Shown: positions 55,108 through 64,000, counted from the first letter of the stretch. The stretch: DNA of 64,000 nucleotides from a candidate division WOR-3 bacterium (GCA_023129325.1 JAGMCI010000017.1:13252-77251), one strand, 5' to 3'. Notes: generated by a model from the letters alone, not told the origin. Numbers and translations are program-made.

Positions 55108-55140
55108 ACGGATTTCACGGATTATACTGATTTCACTGAT
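55108..55140. repeat. 9-nt-period CACGGAT/CACTGAT units after the deacetylase stop
   Basis: CACGGAT TTCACGGAT TATACTGAT TTCACTGAT. Confidence 0.7.
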
Positions 55141-55156
55141 TAAAAATCTGTGTAAT

Positions 55157-55196
55157 CCGTCTCCGCCTGAGGCGGATGACGGAGTGGCTATTTTTT
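55157..55196 (+). terminator. possible terminator after the deacetylase gene: nested hairpin plus T-run
   Basis: CCGTC-TCCGCCTGAGGCGGA-TGACGG, then 8 nt, then TTTTTT (55191-96). Confidence 0.35.
55162..55176. repeat. 15-nt palindrome TCCGCCTNAGGCGGA nested in a CCGTC/GACGG stem
   Basis: TCCGCCTGAGGCGGA. Confidence 0.9.
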
Positions 55197-55199
55197 GTC

Positions 55200-55227
55200 T
55201 TGACAAAGTGAATTTTGGGGTTATATT
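55200..55227 (+). promoter_or_regulatory. promoter TTGACA-16-TATATT ahead of the 17-aa ORF and the hypothetical block
   Basis: TTGACA at 55200-55205 and TATATT at 55222-55227. Confidence 0.5.
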
Positions 55228-55249
55228 ACTAACAAATCAAAGGAGAAAA

Positions 55250-55303
55250 GTGAGTTATTTCATAACATATCCCAGTTGGATGGAGGTATGTTATAAAACC
55301 TAA
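55250..55303 (+). CDS. possible 17-aa aromatic-rich peptide (GTG start)
   Basis: AGGAG lies 4 nt upstream of GTG. Sequence (M)SYFITYPSWMEVCYKT*. It is downstream of a TTGACA-16-TATATT promoter and is followed by hairpin AAGCCAgaatTGGCTT and the next gene. This call is speculative. Confidence 0.25.
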   Translation: MSYFITYPSWMEVCYKT

Positions 55304-55330
55304 GCCAGAATTGGCTTGAAAGAAGGAAAA

Positions 55331-56065
55331 ATGAAAAAGGAGAAAATTAACGAGATTTTGCAAGATATAAGGGATCCTGATAGACTATTAGAAGCATGCA
55401 AAAGGTACCATAATGAAGTAGAAAAAAGAGGTATTGCATACGCTGTTTCTAAATATATAATATCCAAGGAACCGAGTAATTATAATTATATTTTGGCTAG
55501 TATAAAATTGATTCTTATAACATGGAATGCCGTGCGATTCCAAAGATTAAAAAAGAGGGTGCAAATAAAAATAGACGATAACATTTTAGGAGCTTATAAA
55601 TATTGTGAAAAAGACTTAAATAAACTAAAAGAGGAAAAATTGGAAAGTATAGACTTGAATGTTTACGGAGAAAAAATTAAGAAAGTATTTAAGAGTTTCT
55701 CTGAGAAAAAGTCTATAGGCTACACTGGGGCATCTAAAGCGTTACACCTCATTAATCCCGAGTTGTTTATGATGCGAGATGATTCCATTACAAAAGCCTA
55801 TCACATTCTTTCTCCCAATTATAGAAAGAGGAAAATAAAACATGAGGAATCTTATTTAGAATTTATGGAAGTTTCTCAAAGAATTGCTAAAGAGCTTTTG
55901 AAAAAAACAAGCAAAGAAGAAATTTGGAAGAAACATTGGGATTCTATGGACAAAGAGTTCATGAGAGCATTTTATTATAAAGAGACTCTTCCAAAAATGA
56001 TGGATGAGTATAACTATGTTAAAATTACAAAAGCCGATATTAAAAAAACAAGAAAGAAAAAGTAA
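55331..56065 (+). CDS. hypothetical cytoplasmic protein
   Basis: ATG 55331 with GAAGGA SD (the track start 55316 is TTG). IGYTGASKALHLINPELFMMRDDSI faintly recalls the S-K-x-L-H...P..F motif of OGG-fold-like proteins, which is weak evidence. Confidence 0.5.
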   Translation: MKKEKINEILQDIRDPDRLLEACKRYHNEVEKRGIAYAVSKYIISKEPSNYNYILASIKLILITWNAVRFQRLKKRVQIKIDDNILGAYKYCEKDLNKLKEEKLESIDLNVYGEKIKKVFKSFSEKKSIGYTGASKALHLINPELFMMRDDSITKAYHILSPNYRKRKIKHEESYLEFMEVSQRIAKELLKKTSKEEIWKKHWDSMDKEFMRAFYYKETLPKMMDEYNYVKITKADIKKTRKKK

Positions 56066-56078
56066 AGAAGGGAAAAGG

Positions 56079-57461
56079 ATGTATAGAATATCTGTTTTGT
56101 GGGTTATGGCCACATTTATATTCACAGGGTGTGCCACACGACAAATTGGGACACAAAAGAGAATAAACCTTTCTACTAAAATCATAAAACGAGAATCGCT
56201 CATCCTAGAGAAGGAAACTCCCACACCTATTAACCCATATTTTATACTACAGGGAGTAGAAAAATGGCATGAAAAAGAAAAGGGAGCGATTGAAACTACT
56301 TATAAAACAGGTTTCACAAAGAAAACTAAAAATTACATCGAGAATAATCCATCTAGTGTAGGATTAGGTTGCTTAGGGAGCCTATTTATAGTCGGTGGCT
56401 TGCTTTCAGTAATTGATACAAGCTTGGTTAAATGGGGTATATTGGGTGTAGGGATAAGTGGATTAGCTGTTTATCTTATTCCATCTGTACCCGACTATAC
56501 ATACACAAAAAAAGTAGGATATGTAGATACATTGATTGATTATGTTCCTCTTCCTAATGAAGCTATTGAGATAAAAGCTTTAGATATTGGATATTGTGAT
56601 ACCCTTGAAACTGATGAATGGGGGTTTTTAAAAATAGACACGCGAGAATTTTTAAAGCGTGTTCCTAAGGGTGAAGATTTAGCACTTACAGGAAAATTAT
56701 TTGAAAGAGTTCATGTCCCTCAAACATTTACTATCTCCTCAACCTTCTTTACAGCCTTGCAGGAACATTTGCTTGTCGAGGAGAAGGCTAATAAGATATT
56801 AAAGAAAGCGAACAGATATTACGAACACGGCAATTATTCCCAAGCAAAGAAACTATATTCTGCCATAATTGAAAAATATCATGGCACTCTTGCCTATCAG
56901 CAAGCAAAGAAGGGAATAGAGGATATAAAAGAGAGAAGGGCTGAGAGACTTTTTGAAAAGGCGGAACAATTATTTACTACAGGAAACTATTCAGATGCTT
57001 TCAGCCTTTATTCTAAACTGCAAAAAGAATATAAAGATACTCAAATATATGAAAAGTGGAAAAAAGAAATTAGAAGAGCTAAAATCAAAGCATCCTTAGA
57101 ATCGAGACGAGGATATAATTTATCAAATTTCCTATCTCGGAAAGGATTTGAACAATGGGAGATATCCTATATTCGATATGCATTAGAAAATATAAACATA
57201 GAAAGCGCTTTTCTCATAATGGTGGAAGGACTTGGAATGAGCATCGACGTCTTTGATGCAGCCGCCGAATTTCGCAGGCTTGATGATTATCAGAAATTAT
57301 ATGCTGTAATTTTTGCTTCTAAGAAGCTCGCTTATTTAATAAGTGGACGAGAGAGTGGCTCAGAATTTGAATATATGAAAATAACGCTATTAAAACAATG
57401 GCTTTTTCTGTCTCAATCTGTTCTTTACAAGCTTTCTTCAATTTCACCAAGTACTATGTGA
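56079..57461 (+). CDS. hypothetical lipoprotein/membrane protein with TPR-like repeats
   Basis: Start set to ATG 56079 (MYRISVLWVMATFIFTGC lipobox). Two central TM helices. ANRYYEHGNYSQAKKLYSAIIEKY and AEQLFTTGNYSDAFSLYSKLQKEY resemble YbgF/BamD-type TPRs. Confidence 0.5.
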   Translation: MYRISVLWVMATFIFTGCATRQIGTQKRINLSTKIIKRESLILEKETPTPINPYFILQGVEKWHEKEKGAIETTYKTGFTKKTKNYIENNPSSVGLGCLGSLFIVGGLLSVIDTSLVKWGILGVGISGLAVYLIPSVPDYTYTKKVGYVDTLIDYVPLPNEAIEIKALDIGYCDTLETDEWGFLKIDTREFLKRVPKGEDLALTGKLFERVHVPQTFTISSTFFTALQEHLLVEEKANKILKKANRYYEHGNYSQAKKLYSAIIEKYHGTLAYQQAKKGIEDIKERRAERLFEKAEQLFTTGNYSDAFSLYSKLQKEYKDTQIYEKWKKEIRRAKIKASLESRRGYNLSNFLSRKGFEQWEISYIRYALENINIESAFLIMVEGLGMSIDVFDAAAEFRRLDDYQKLYAVIFASKKLAYLISGRESGSEFEYMKITLLKQWLFLSQSVLYKLSSISPSTM

Positions 57462-57489
57462 AAAAATAATAGAAAAATGGGAGGTAAAA

Positions 57490-58101
57490 ATGCAATATAA
57501 CCGAAAGAGTTACCTGATTATTTTTGTTTTAATCACTGGAATCTTGGGATGTGGGAAATTTGCAGAAGAGAAGTATTTTAAGGAGGCATCAGCACTTTTC
57601 ATTCAATTTAGTAATATAGAAGAAAGATGGAACTCCCATTCAGAGAAGATGAACTCTGAATTACAGGAATGTTTTCGTCATGACCGCTTTACATATCGTA
57701 GAGAAGACTACAAAAAGGCTATGGATCTAATAGGTATGGACAAACAACGATGGGAAGAGGTATACTCAGAGCTTGTACGAGTTTACAATAAATGGGGACA
57801 ACTATCGGTTCCTAAAAAATGGCAACCGTGCCATAAAGCCACAGGTGAAAATATGTTTCGTCGTTTACAAGTATTTCGTAAGTATAAAGAAAAACTATTA
57901 GCCGATGAAGAGATAGTAAAATGCTATCTAAATAGAACTATCCGTTCGTGGGAAGGGATACAAGACCTTACAGAAAAGATTAGCAAAGCAAAGAAAATTC
58001 AACAGGAGATAAACGAAATTCAAGTGGGATGGGAATCTCTTCCTTTGACAAGTGACTGGCAAGAGTATAGAGATAAACTTTTATCAAAAGCAAAAGAATG
58101 A
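57490..58101 (+). CDS. hypothetical lipoprotein
   Basis: MQYNRKSYLIIFVLITGILGC lipobox. SD GGGAGGT. No recognised domain. Confidence 0.5.
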   Translation: MQYNRKSYLIIFVLITGILGCGKFAEEKYFKEASALFIQFSNIEERWNSHSEKMNSELQECFRHDRFTYRREDYKKAMDLIGMDKQRWEEVYSELVRVYNKWGQLSVPKKWQPCHKATGENMFRRLQVFRKYKEKLLADEEIVKCYLNRTIRSWEGIQDLTEKISKAKKIQQEINEIQVGWESLPLTSDWQEYRDKLLSKAKE

Positions 58102-58329
58102 AAGCACCGTGTTTTTGTATTTATAACCTTTAAGACAAGGCAAATGGTTTGAAAGGGGAGGGTAAGACTTGATATCAGTTCTTCGTAAGCCCCTGAAAAT
58201 AAATAAGTTCCACCAATATTTTCCTGTTTCAATCAATAATAAATTACAGATCCGCTCCGTTTTTTTGTTAAGCTTCTTGTCCTAACGATGTGAACACAAT
58301 AAGGAAAGCTGAAAATAATTAGGAGAGAG

Positions 58330-59631
58330 TTATTTTTTACCTGCGACGCTCATATTGTTGAATAAGAGCCATGGTCTGCCATAGAAGTCTAATTCCTTGC
58401 TTATTGAGTGCAAGTTTTGAAAGTTATCATATATATTTCCTGATACCATAGCATCAATAGCACGTCCTTGAATAACTCCATCTTTTACATAATAGCCAAG
58501 CCCTACATTAACTGAAAATTGACCTGCTGGAATGTTGCCAGAATGCGCACCAATAGGAGAATTTAATATTATCCCCTCATCCATAGCTTTTATCTGGTCA
58601 GCAAGTGATAAGTCACCTGGCTTAAAGACCAAATGACAAGGATGAGGGGTAACAGGAGTTGAAATTGAGCCACCCCACATAGTTGTTTTATAGCCATTAC
58701 CTGTTGACTGAGTGCCATATTCTTGAGCAGTCCGTAAATCAAAGATAAAATTCTTGAACACACCATTTTCTATAATGGGAAGCACTTGAGTTTTGACTCC
58801 CTCATCATCAAATGGGCGAGAAGCAGGACAGTTTTTAATATGTGGGTTTTCATAAATACTTACTCGCTCATCAAATATCTTTTTACCAAGCTTGCCTTCA
58901 AGCGGTGAAATATGCTCAAGTAATGAATCTCCGGAAATAGCTTTATATAATCTCCAGTAAATAACATGCATAGCATTGGGAGTGAACATAACCTTCATTG
59001 GTCTTGTAGGAACCTTGCATTCTTTTTGTGCATTTTGGTAAATTTTTAAAAGCTGTTCTAATTTCTTTGTGTCACATTTACGATATGTATACCATTCATC
59101 CTCAATATATGGACCTGAGCCAGAACCTTTCAATATGAGTTCATGCACGCGGACTATCTCTGTCATCTTATGGCTTGCAAAGAGACCTGAAGTGTTCAAA
59201 ATATTTAATTCTTCGGATGCTGCAACCATATAAACATTTACAGGGGTCTTAACGCCTTTATTAGTATACCATTTTATTGCACTGACGCCATCTTCAGCAA
59301 GTTTTTCAATTGGGAAGTTCTCAATTTCAGGGTCATAATTATTATAGCTCTCCTCGCTACTTTCTTTGGGGAACTTGTATTCTATTTTTGGCCCATATTT
59401 AGAAGCAAAAACAGCTTGCTCTACTAATTTTTCTGGCTCTTTTAGAGAAGTGCCAAAACTTGTTCCTAATTTACTATTTCGGATAATTCGCAATCCAATT
59501 TCAATATAATGCTTTAAATTTATATTTTGTAGTTCACCATTTTCAAAAGTGAGTGGGGTAATCTTTACTTTAGAAACATAAACTTCAGACATATCAGATT
59601 GCCTTTTAGCCAATTCTAAAAGCTTTTTCAT
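58330..59631 (-). CDS. pmbA: TldD/PmbA family metallopeptidase (PmbA-like paralog)
   Basis: Paralogous in length and C-terminal pattern to the adjacent TldD. The track start 59646 is TTG; ATGs at 59634 and 59631 follow AGGAGG. Confidence 0.75.
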   Translation of the reverse strand: MKKLLELAKRQSDMSEVYVSKVKITPLTFENGELQNINLKHYIEIGLRIIRNSKLGTSFGTSLKEPEKLVEQAVFASKYGPKIEYKFPKESSEESYNNYDPEIENFPIEKLAEDGVSAIKWYTNKGVKTPVNVYMVAASEELNILNTSGLFASHKMTEIVRVHELILKGSGSGPYIEDEWYTYRKCDTKKLEQLLKIYQNAQKECKVPTRPMKVMFTPNAMHVIYWRLYKAISGDSLLEHISPLEGKLGKKIFDERVSIYENPHIKNCPASRPFDDEGVKTQVLPIIENGVFKNFIFDLRTAQEYGTQSTGNGYKTTMWGGSISTPVTPHPCHLVFKPGDLSLADQIKAMDEGIILNSPIGAHSGNIPAGQFSVNVGLGYYVKDGVIQGRAIDAMVSGNIYDNFQNLHSISKELDFYGRPWLLFNNMSVAGKK

Positions 59632-59708
59632 CATTCCTCCTAACAAATTACATGTTATGCAAAATATCTAACCGCAGAGTTAAAGAAATTCAAAAATCAA
59701 AGACATCA

Positions 59709-59809
59709 GCACGCAGATATTCACAGATAAAACAGATTTGCACAGACATAATTTATTCGCTTTATTCAAATCTGTGCCTATCCTCGCTATCTGTGTGAAT
59801 CTGTGTGCT
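59709..59809. repeat. inverted clusters of CACAGAT / ATCTGTG motifs between tldD and pmbA
   Basis: The left cluster GCACGCAGATATTCACAGATAAAACAGATTTGCACAGAC faces the right cluster AAATCTGTGCC...ATCTGTGTGAATCTGTGTGC. Confidence 0.75.
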
Positions 59810-59871
59810 ATTTTGAGTTTTTATTTATCATGACCTCTGCGTTCATCTGTGGTTTATTCATAAAATTTACA

Positions 59872-61233
59872 TCACCCGATAACAATGTCGTCAATTATAG
59901 TATGCGGACCGCCAAGTCCAGATTGCAGGTTTGTTTGTCCGCCTTTTCCACAACCACCAGATTCAGAAAATTTTAAGTCATTTCCTATGGCTATTATGTT
60001 CTTTAAGGTAGTAAAAAGATTGCCAGACATATTTATACCCCTTAATAACTTACCTAATTTTCCGTCCTTGATTTCATATCCGTATTGGGCGCCAAAAGAG
60101 AACTGGTCGCCCATAGTTTGACCACCCTTTGCATCACAAATATAAAGCCCCTTATCTATTGAGGAAAGCAATTCGTCAAAACTCTTTTCACCCGGCTTTA
60201 TATATATATTTGACATTCTCACAATTGGAGTATATTTCCAGCCAACTGCAATATTATTTCCTGTCAATTCTCCTTCCATAGCCTGAGCAGTTTCCATTGA
60301 ATGCATACGTCCTCGGAGCCAACCATCCTTAATTAAGATTGTCTCTCGTCCTTTAACTCCTTCGTCATCATAAACCCAGAACCCCGGATGTCCATATAGT
60401 GTGGCGTCATCTATTACTGTAAGAAGAGAACCCCCTATTTTAGTATCAAGCTTTAATTTTTCAAGTATTCCTGGATTATCTTTAATAATATCAGCTTCAG
60501 AAAAATGTCCAAATGCCTCATGTATAAATACACCAACCATTGATTGGTTTAAGAGGACACGATAAGTGCCAGGTGTCACCTTTGGAGCTTTTAAAAGGTC
60601 AATTGCAAGCTTGGCTTTTCTTTCAAATACATCTTCACGATTACGAATTTTAGAAAAACTATCATATCCACCTGCCTCTACACGAACATTTTCTGTATGT
60701 GTTCCATCTCCAGCAATAATTTCACCTGATATATAGCAAATGAGTTGTTCCTGGTCAAGTTCAGTGCCAAAAGAGTTTACAAAATATTTATGTTTAACCC
60801 ACTCTTTGTAATAAAGGTCAGTTGACTGTATTTTGTTATACTTTAAAATAAGGTCGTTATAATGCTTTAAAAGAGAAAGTTTTTCTTCCAGAGGAACTTT
60901 TCTTGGGTCCTCTTCTGGAGAAATTGTTACCTTATCTTTAACAGGTGGGGCTTGTTTAAAAGCTATTGGTTTGGTTGTATATTTCCCTCCAATTTTAGCA
61001 GCGGCAACACTTTCTTTAATAGCCTGAGGCATATCTTTAATATCGCTAAAACTATTACTGCCCTCGCCACCGCCTGATAGAATCCTTAAATGGAAACCAG
61101 ATGTTGTGCTATCTGAGATGGTATTAAGTTTTTTGCCTTTTAAGTTAATCAAGATAATTTCATCCGTTTCATGTCTGATATCGGCATATTCTTCCTGGCA
61201 CATAGAAAGTCCTTTTTTTAAAGTTTCAATCAT
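59872..61233 (-). CDS. tldD: TldD family metallopeptidase
   Basis: HExxxH site FIHEAFGHFSEAD and C-terminal GGCGKGGQ. SD GGAGGA. Confidence 0.85.
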   Translation of the reverse strand: MIETLKKGLSMCQEEYADIRHETDEIILINLKGKKLNTISDSTTSGFHLRILSGGGEGSNSFSDIKDMPQAIKESVAAAKIGGKYTTKPIAFKQAPPVKDKVTISPEEDPRKVPLEEKLSLLKHYNDLILKYNKIQSTDLYYKEWVKHKYFVNSFGTELDQEQLICYISGEIIAGDGTHTENVRVEAGGYDSFSKIRNREDVFERKAKLAIDLLKAPKVTPGTYRVLLNQSMVGVFIHEAFGHFSEADIIKDNPGILEKLKLDTKIGGSLLTVIDDATLYGHPGFWVYDDEGVKGRETILIKDGWLRGRMHSMETAQAMEGELTGNNIAVGWKYTPIVRMSNIYIKPGEKSFDELLSSIDKGLYICDAKGGQTMGDQFSFGAQYGYEIKDGKLGKLLRGINMSGNLFTTLKNIIAIGNDLKFSESGGCGKGGQTNLQSGLGGPHTIIDDIVIG

Positions 61234-61616
61234 AAATCCTCCTTTTAAAAATTATAATGACTCTTGCTATACATAACTACAAAATTCAGACCTCAGACGC
61301 CTGGAGCATAGATTTTAAAAACAATGGTTATTGCGACCAAGAGCGAGTCTTTTGTTTTTATCGCTCACATAAGCTATAAAATTAAGACATAGTTCTATAG
61401 ATTTTTTAAATATACCAAATATTCTCTCTTTGTCAAGAAAAAGGTTGATTTTCCCACAAAATTATGGTAAAGTATGATGGTGTTTAGGAATAGAGTCATT
61501 TCATTAGATAGGTTAAATGTGAAAATCTGTGAAATCTTTAGCTTAAGGTAAACAGGAGTGACTAAGGGGGAAATATGATTATTTTTTTACTTTTTGTTTT
61601 ATCAAAAGGAGGGATT

Positions 61617-62189
61617 ATGGAACTTCCGCAACCTGTTCAGATAGGGGAAGTCTCGGTTGAGGAGTGTATTGCAAAAAGAAGGTCAGTTAGGGCTTATTCT
61701 TCAAAACCTCTTACTCTTAAAGAGCTTTCCCAACTTTTATGGGCGGCTCAGGGCATAACTGACCCAAAGGGTTTAAGGACTGCTCCATCAGCTGGTGCCA
61801 CTTATCCTCTTGAAATAAGGGCTGTTACCCGTGAGGGTATTTTTCATTACATTCCAGAAGGGCATAAGCTAATAAAAGAGCAGTCAGGAGATTTAAGGCC
61901 AAAACTTGCTCGTGCTGCTTCAGGGCAGTCTTTTATTAAAGAGGTGCCTTGCAATTTTGTTATATCTTGTGTTTATGAACGAACTACTATGAGATACAAG
62001 GAAAGAGGAATAAGGTATGTTCATATAGAAGCGGGTCATGTGGCAGAGAATATTCATCTCCAGGCAGTAGCTCTTGGCCTTGGTTCTGTTCCTGTGGGTG
62101 CCTTTTGGGATTCTGAAGTAAAGGAACTCTTAAATTTACCCAAAAATGAGGAGCCCATTTACATAATCCCTGTTGGACATCCTAAATAG
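61617..62189 (+). CDS. SagB-type dehydrogenase / nitroreductase family protein
   Basis: RRSVRAYS, RTAPSAGATYPLEI, YKERGIRYVHIEAGHVAENIHLQAVALGLGSVPVGAF. Start at ATG 61617 after AAAGGAGGG. Confidence 0.75.
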   Translation: MELPQPVQIGEVSVEECIAKRRSVRAYSSKPLTLKELSQLLWAAQGITDPKGLRTAPSAGATYPLEIRAVTREGIFHYIPEGHKLIKEQSGDLRPKLARAASGQSFIKEVPCNFVISCVYERTTMRYKERGIRYVHIEAGHVAENIHLQAVALGLGSVPVGAFWDSEVKELLNLPKNEEPIYIIPVGHPK

Positions 62190-62336
62190 CACTATTTGGT
62201 TTTATTCAGACTCAGATTAACACTGATTATATTTGTGAATACGGCATTCATTCCATAGTTGCGCAGGGGTGAACCCTGTCCTCACATTATTGTCCTCTTA
62301 TGCATTAGCAAGTTAATAGACTTTGACAAGATTTTC

Positions 62337-62364
62337 TTGACATTTTTAAAAAGATAATTATAGT
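62337..62364 (+). promoter_or_regulatory. promoter TTGACA-16-TATAGT; ATG 8 nt downstream (leaderless)
   Basis: TTGACA at 62337-62342, TATAGT at 62359-62364, ATG at 62372. Confidence 0.5.
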
Positions 62365-62371
62365 AGTAGAA

Positions 62372-63136
62372 ATGAGTAAAAAATGGTTTTTCGTGATATT
62401 TGTGATTATGACTTTTAAAGCTAATGCATCTCCAATTGTTGGTTCCAGTGCTAACACATTGCCAGAAGGTAAATTTATGTTTGAGGCTCATATTATGTAT
62501 ATGAACTTCACCGAAAGTTATTCTAATGACTGGATTAGGTTTGCAGGAGACTCGTCTTTCAATGTTGTTTTACTGCTTCCACAGTTTTATTACGGGATAA
62601 GAGATTTCTTAACAGTCAGGCTAACTATCCCAATCACGATAAATAACCAGAATTTTGGTGTAAAGAAAAAATCTCAAGGTTTGGGAGATATTGTATTGGA
62701 TACTAAATATAATTTTTACAAAGAACCTAAAATTTCAGGTTTTTTGGGCTTGAGATTTCCTACTGGTGATAAAAATGCAGAGATTTCGCTTGGTGATGGC
62801 TCAACCGATATGGTGGGTGGTGTATTGATAACAAAAAGGGTTGCACCTATAGCCTATCATATTAAGCTTGGATACTGGTTAAATGGTAAAGGATTTGATG
62901 ATAAAATATTTTACAACCTAACTCTTGAAAAGCCTATATTTAACAAATGGGCGATAGTAGGAGAGCTTGATGGTTCCAGACAAGGCGACAAATATATTTT
63001 ACAATTTTGTCCTGGCATTCAATATAAGGGAATTACAGGGCTTACACTTGAAGCCTCATTTGAGATACCAGTTACAGCAAAAGGAGGTTTTAAATATCAA
63101 TACGCTCCCTTTATCGGTTTAATATATATATTTTGA
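62372..63136 (+). CDS. small outer-membrane beta-barrel (MetA-pathway/transporter-like family)
   Basis: Signal MSKKWFFVIFVIMTFKANA, alternating strands, GLGDIVLDTKY and C-terminal FIGLIYIF. Confidence 0.45.
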   Translation: MSKKWFFVIFVIMTFKANASPIVGSSANTLPEGKFMFEAHIMYMNFTESYSNDWIRFAGDSSFNVVLLLPQFYYGIRDFLTVRLTIPITINNQNFGVKKKSQGLGDIVLDTKYNFYKEPKISGFLGLRFPTGDKNAEISLGDGSTDMVGGVLITKRVAPIAYHIKLGYWLNGKGFDDKIFYNLTLEKPIFNKWAIVGELDGSRQGDKYILQFCPGIQYKGITGLTLEASFEIPVTAKGGFKYQYAPFIGLIYIF

Positions 63137-63230
63137 TATGACTTTATTTGGTTGTCCAATAGTTACATTTTTAGCTTATATTGTGGTTTTGTGCTCAGTT
63201 GTGGGTTCAATTATATGGGGGGTGAGAAAA

Positions 63231-63376
63231 CAGTAGATAGTAGTAAGTATTCAGTAGTCAGGGAGAAGATGGATAGGATAAAGGATTTTAGGGAGCTTGA
63301 AGTTAGGGAAAGAATGCTTGCCGGACTTATTCACTCAATTAAGACCTAACTACTTTCTACTAACTACTGGCTACTA
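63231..63376. repeat. inverted AGTAGNN / NNCTACT heptamer arrays upstream of the symporter gene
   Basis: CAGTAGA TAGTAGT AAGTATT CAGTAGT (63231-60) faces CTAACTA CTTTCTA CTAACTA CTGGCTA (63346-76). Confidence 0.75.
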
Positions 63377-63385
63377 TATTCTAAT

Positions 63386-64000
63386 ATGATTTATTGGATT
63401 GTAATCGTTGCTTATTTATTACTTCTTACCTTGATTGGTATTTATTCCAGAAGAGGACTTAAAAAAGTTGAAGATTTTCATATTGGAGGCCGAAAAATTG
63501 GTCCCTGGGTAACTGCCTTTTCATTTGTATCTGCTTATTTCTCATCAGTGGTGATAGTTGGAGGGGGAGGATTTGGTTATAAATTTGGAATGTCAGCTAT
63601 ATGGGTTGGGGCAGCAAATGTATTAGTTGGATGCACACTTTGCTGGATTGTCTTAGGGGAAAGAATAAGAAAGTTTACAGCTAAACTTGGAACTATGACA
63701 ATACCTGGTTTCTTTGGTAAAAGATTTAAATCAAAAGAAGTTAAAATATTTTCAGCAGTGGTAATTGTCATATTTATGATTGTATATAATATTAGTATCC
63801 TTAAAGGTATGGGAAATATGTTTCAAGTATTAATGGGTATGCCTTATGTTTGGGGAGCTTTAATTTCAGGTTTAATAATAATACTTTATGTTGCTATTGG
63901 AGGATATATAGCTGTAGTATGGACTGGTTTTATTCAAGCCTGGATAATGATGTTCGGATTGCTCTTACTTACTTTTGCTGCTCTTCACAAAATTGGTGGC
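63386..64000 (+). CDS. sodium:solute symporter family transporter (5-prime part; runs off the window)
   Basis: My own translation from ATG 63386 gives MIYWIVIVAYLLLLTLIGIYSRRGLKKVEDFHIGGRKIGPWVTAFSFVSAYFSSVVIVGG.... It is open to the window end, so it is absent from the ORF track. Confidence 0.75.
   Translation, partial: MIYWIVIVAYLLLLTLIGIYSRRGLKKVEDFHIGGRKIGPWVTAFSFVSAYFSSVVIVGGGGFGYKFGMSAIWVGAANVLVGCTLCWIVLGERIRKFTAKLGTMTIPGFFGKRFKSKEVKIFSAVVIVIFMIVYNISILKGMGNMFQVLMGMPYVWGALISGLIIILYVAIGGYIAVVWTGFIQAWIMMFGLLLLTFAALHKIGG

Noticed and set aside
55856-56224. 122-aa minus-strand ORF across the junction of two hypothetical genes
   Set aside because: It is antisense to two well-supported + strand ORFs that have SDs and a lipobox.
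58102-58329. Possible small RNA or terminator in the convergent spacer between the lipoprotein gene and pmbA
   Set aside because: I could not find a convincing stem followed by a U-tract or any recognisable RNA-family motif by eye.
61234-61616. Possible RiPP precursor or riboswitch in the 340-nt region upstream of the SagB-type gene
   Set aside because: I saw no Cys/Ser/Thr-rich small ORF with an SD and no recognisable riboswitch core. There is only a weak TTGATT-17-TAAAGT promoter candidate and one ATCTGTG-type motif.
63152-63349. 65-aa + ORF between the OM barrel and the symporter
   Set aside because: It uses a non-ATG start in the track, has no SD, and is mostly made of the AGTAG heptamer array and purine-rich repeats.
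1-64000. Autonomous mobile element (transposase, integrase, prophage) that could explain the MITE-like repeats
   Set aside because: None of the ORFs of 60 aa or more shows DDE, HUH/Y1, serine or tyrosine recombinase motifs that I can recognise. If a mobilising enzyme exists, it must lie outside this window.

Overview
AT-rich bacterial window, probably from an uncultivated FCB-superphylum-like lineage. That placement is an inference from several T9SS type-A C-terminal sorting domains and a PorV/PorQ-like barrel. I call about 52 protein genes and one tRNA-Ser(GGA). I recognised no rRNA, CRISPR array, cas gene, transposase or integrase.

Gene content, left to right:
- 1..23.7 kb, minus strand: ExbB-ExbD-ExbD-TonB, a TonB-dependent receptor, large secreted and T9SS-cargo proteins (S8 protease with FG-GAP propeller, BNR/Asp-box protein, PKD+NHL lipoprotein), a PorV-like barrel and a transglutaminase-like protein.
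- 24.7..28.0 kb: a four-gene operon of uncharacterised membrane proteins.
- 28.1..37.7 kb: an exopolysaccharide locus (SLBB export protein, Wzc-like kinase, sugar transferase, LbH acetyltransferase, Gfo/Idh/MocA oxidoreductase) interrupted by leuS.
- 38..50 kb: housekeeping genes cca, truA, ecfT-like, rpsA, ispH, plsC, cmk, thiL, panB, DUF1844, alr, an endonuclease IV-like gene and nfi.
- 50..64 kb: a transglutaminase-like protein, a putative barrel with a second ExbB/ExbD pair, an HDAC-family deacetylase, an AT-rich three-gene hypothetical block, a TldD/PmbA pair, a SagB-type nitroreductase, an OM barrel and a truncated sodium:solute symporter.

The main result is not a gene cluster but the density of short dispersed repeats:
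- At least ten GC-rich palindromic (MITE/REP/RPE-like) families sit both in intergenic DNA and in frame inside intact essential genes. leuS carries three copies. alr, cca, ispH, thiL, cmk, plsC, the deacetylase and the sugar transferase are also affected.
- A conserved two-hairpin element ending in the Shine-Dalgarno sequence precedes four genes.
- Degenerate 7-nt-period tandem arrays resemble cyanobacterial STRR repeats. They fill intergenic regions, form long inverted hairpins, encode signal-peptide cores of outer-membrane proteins and are embedded in enzyme loops.
- Several genes have consensus sigma70-like promoters placed for leaderless translation.

Limits: all product calls rest on motifs I recognised by eye, and no database search was run.
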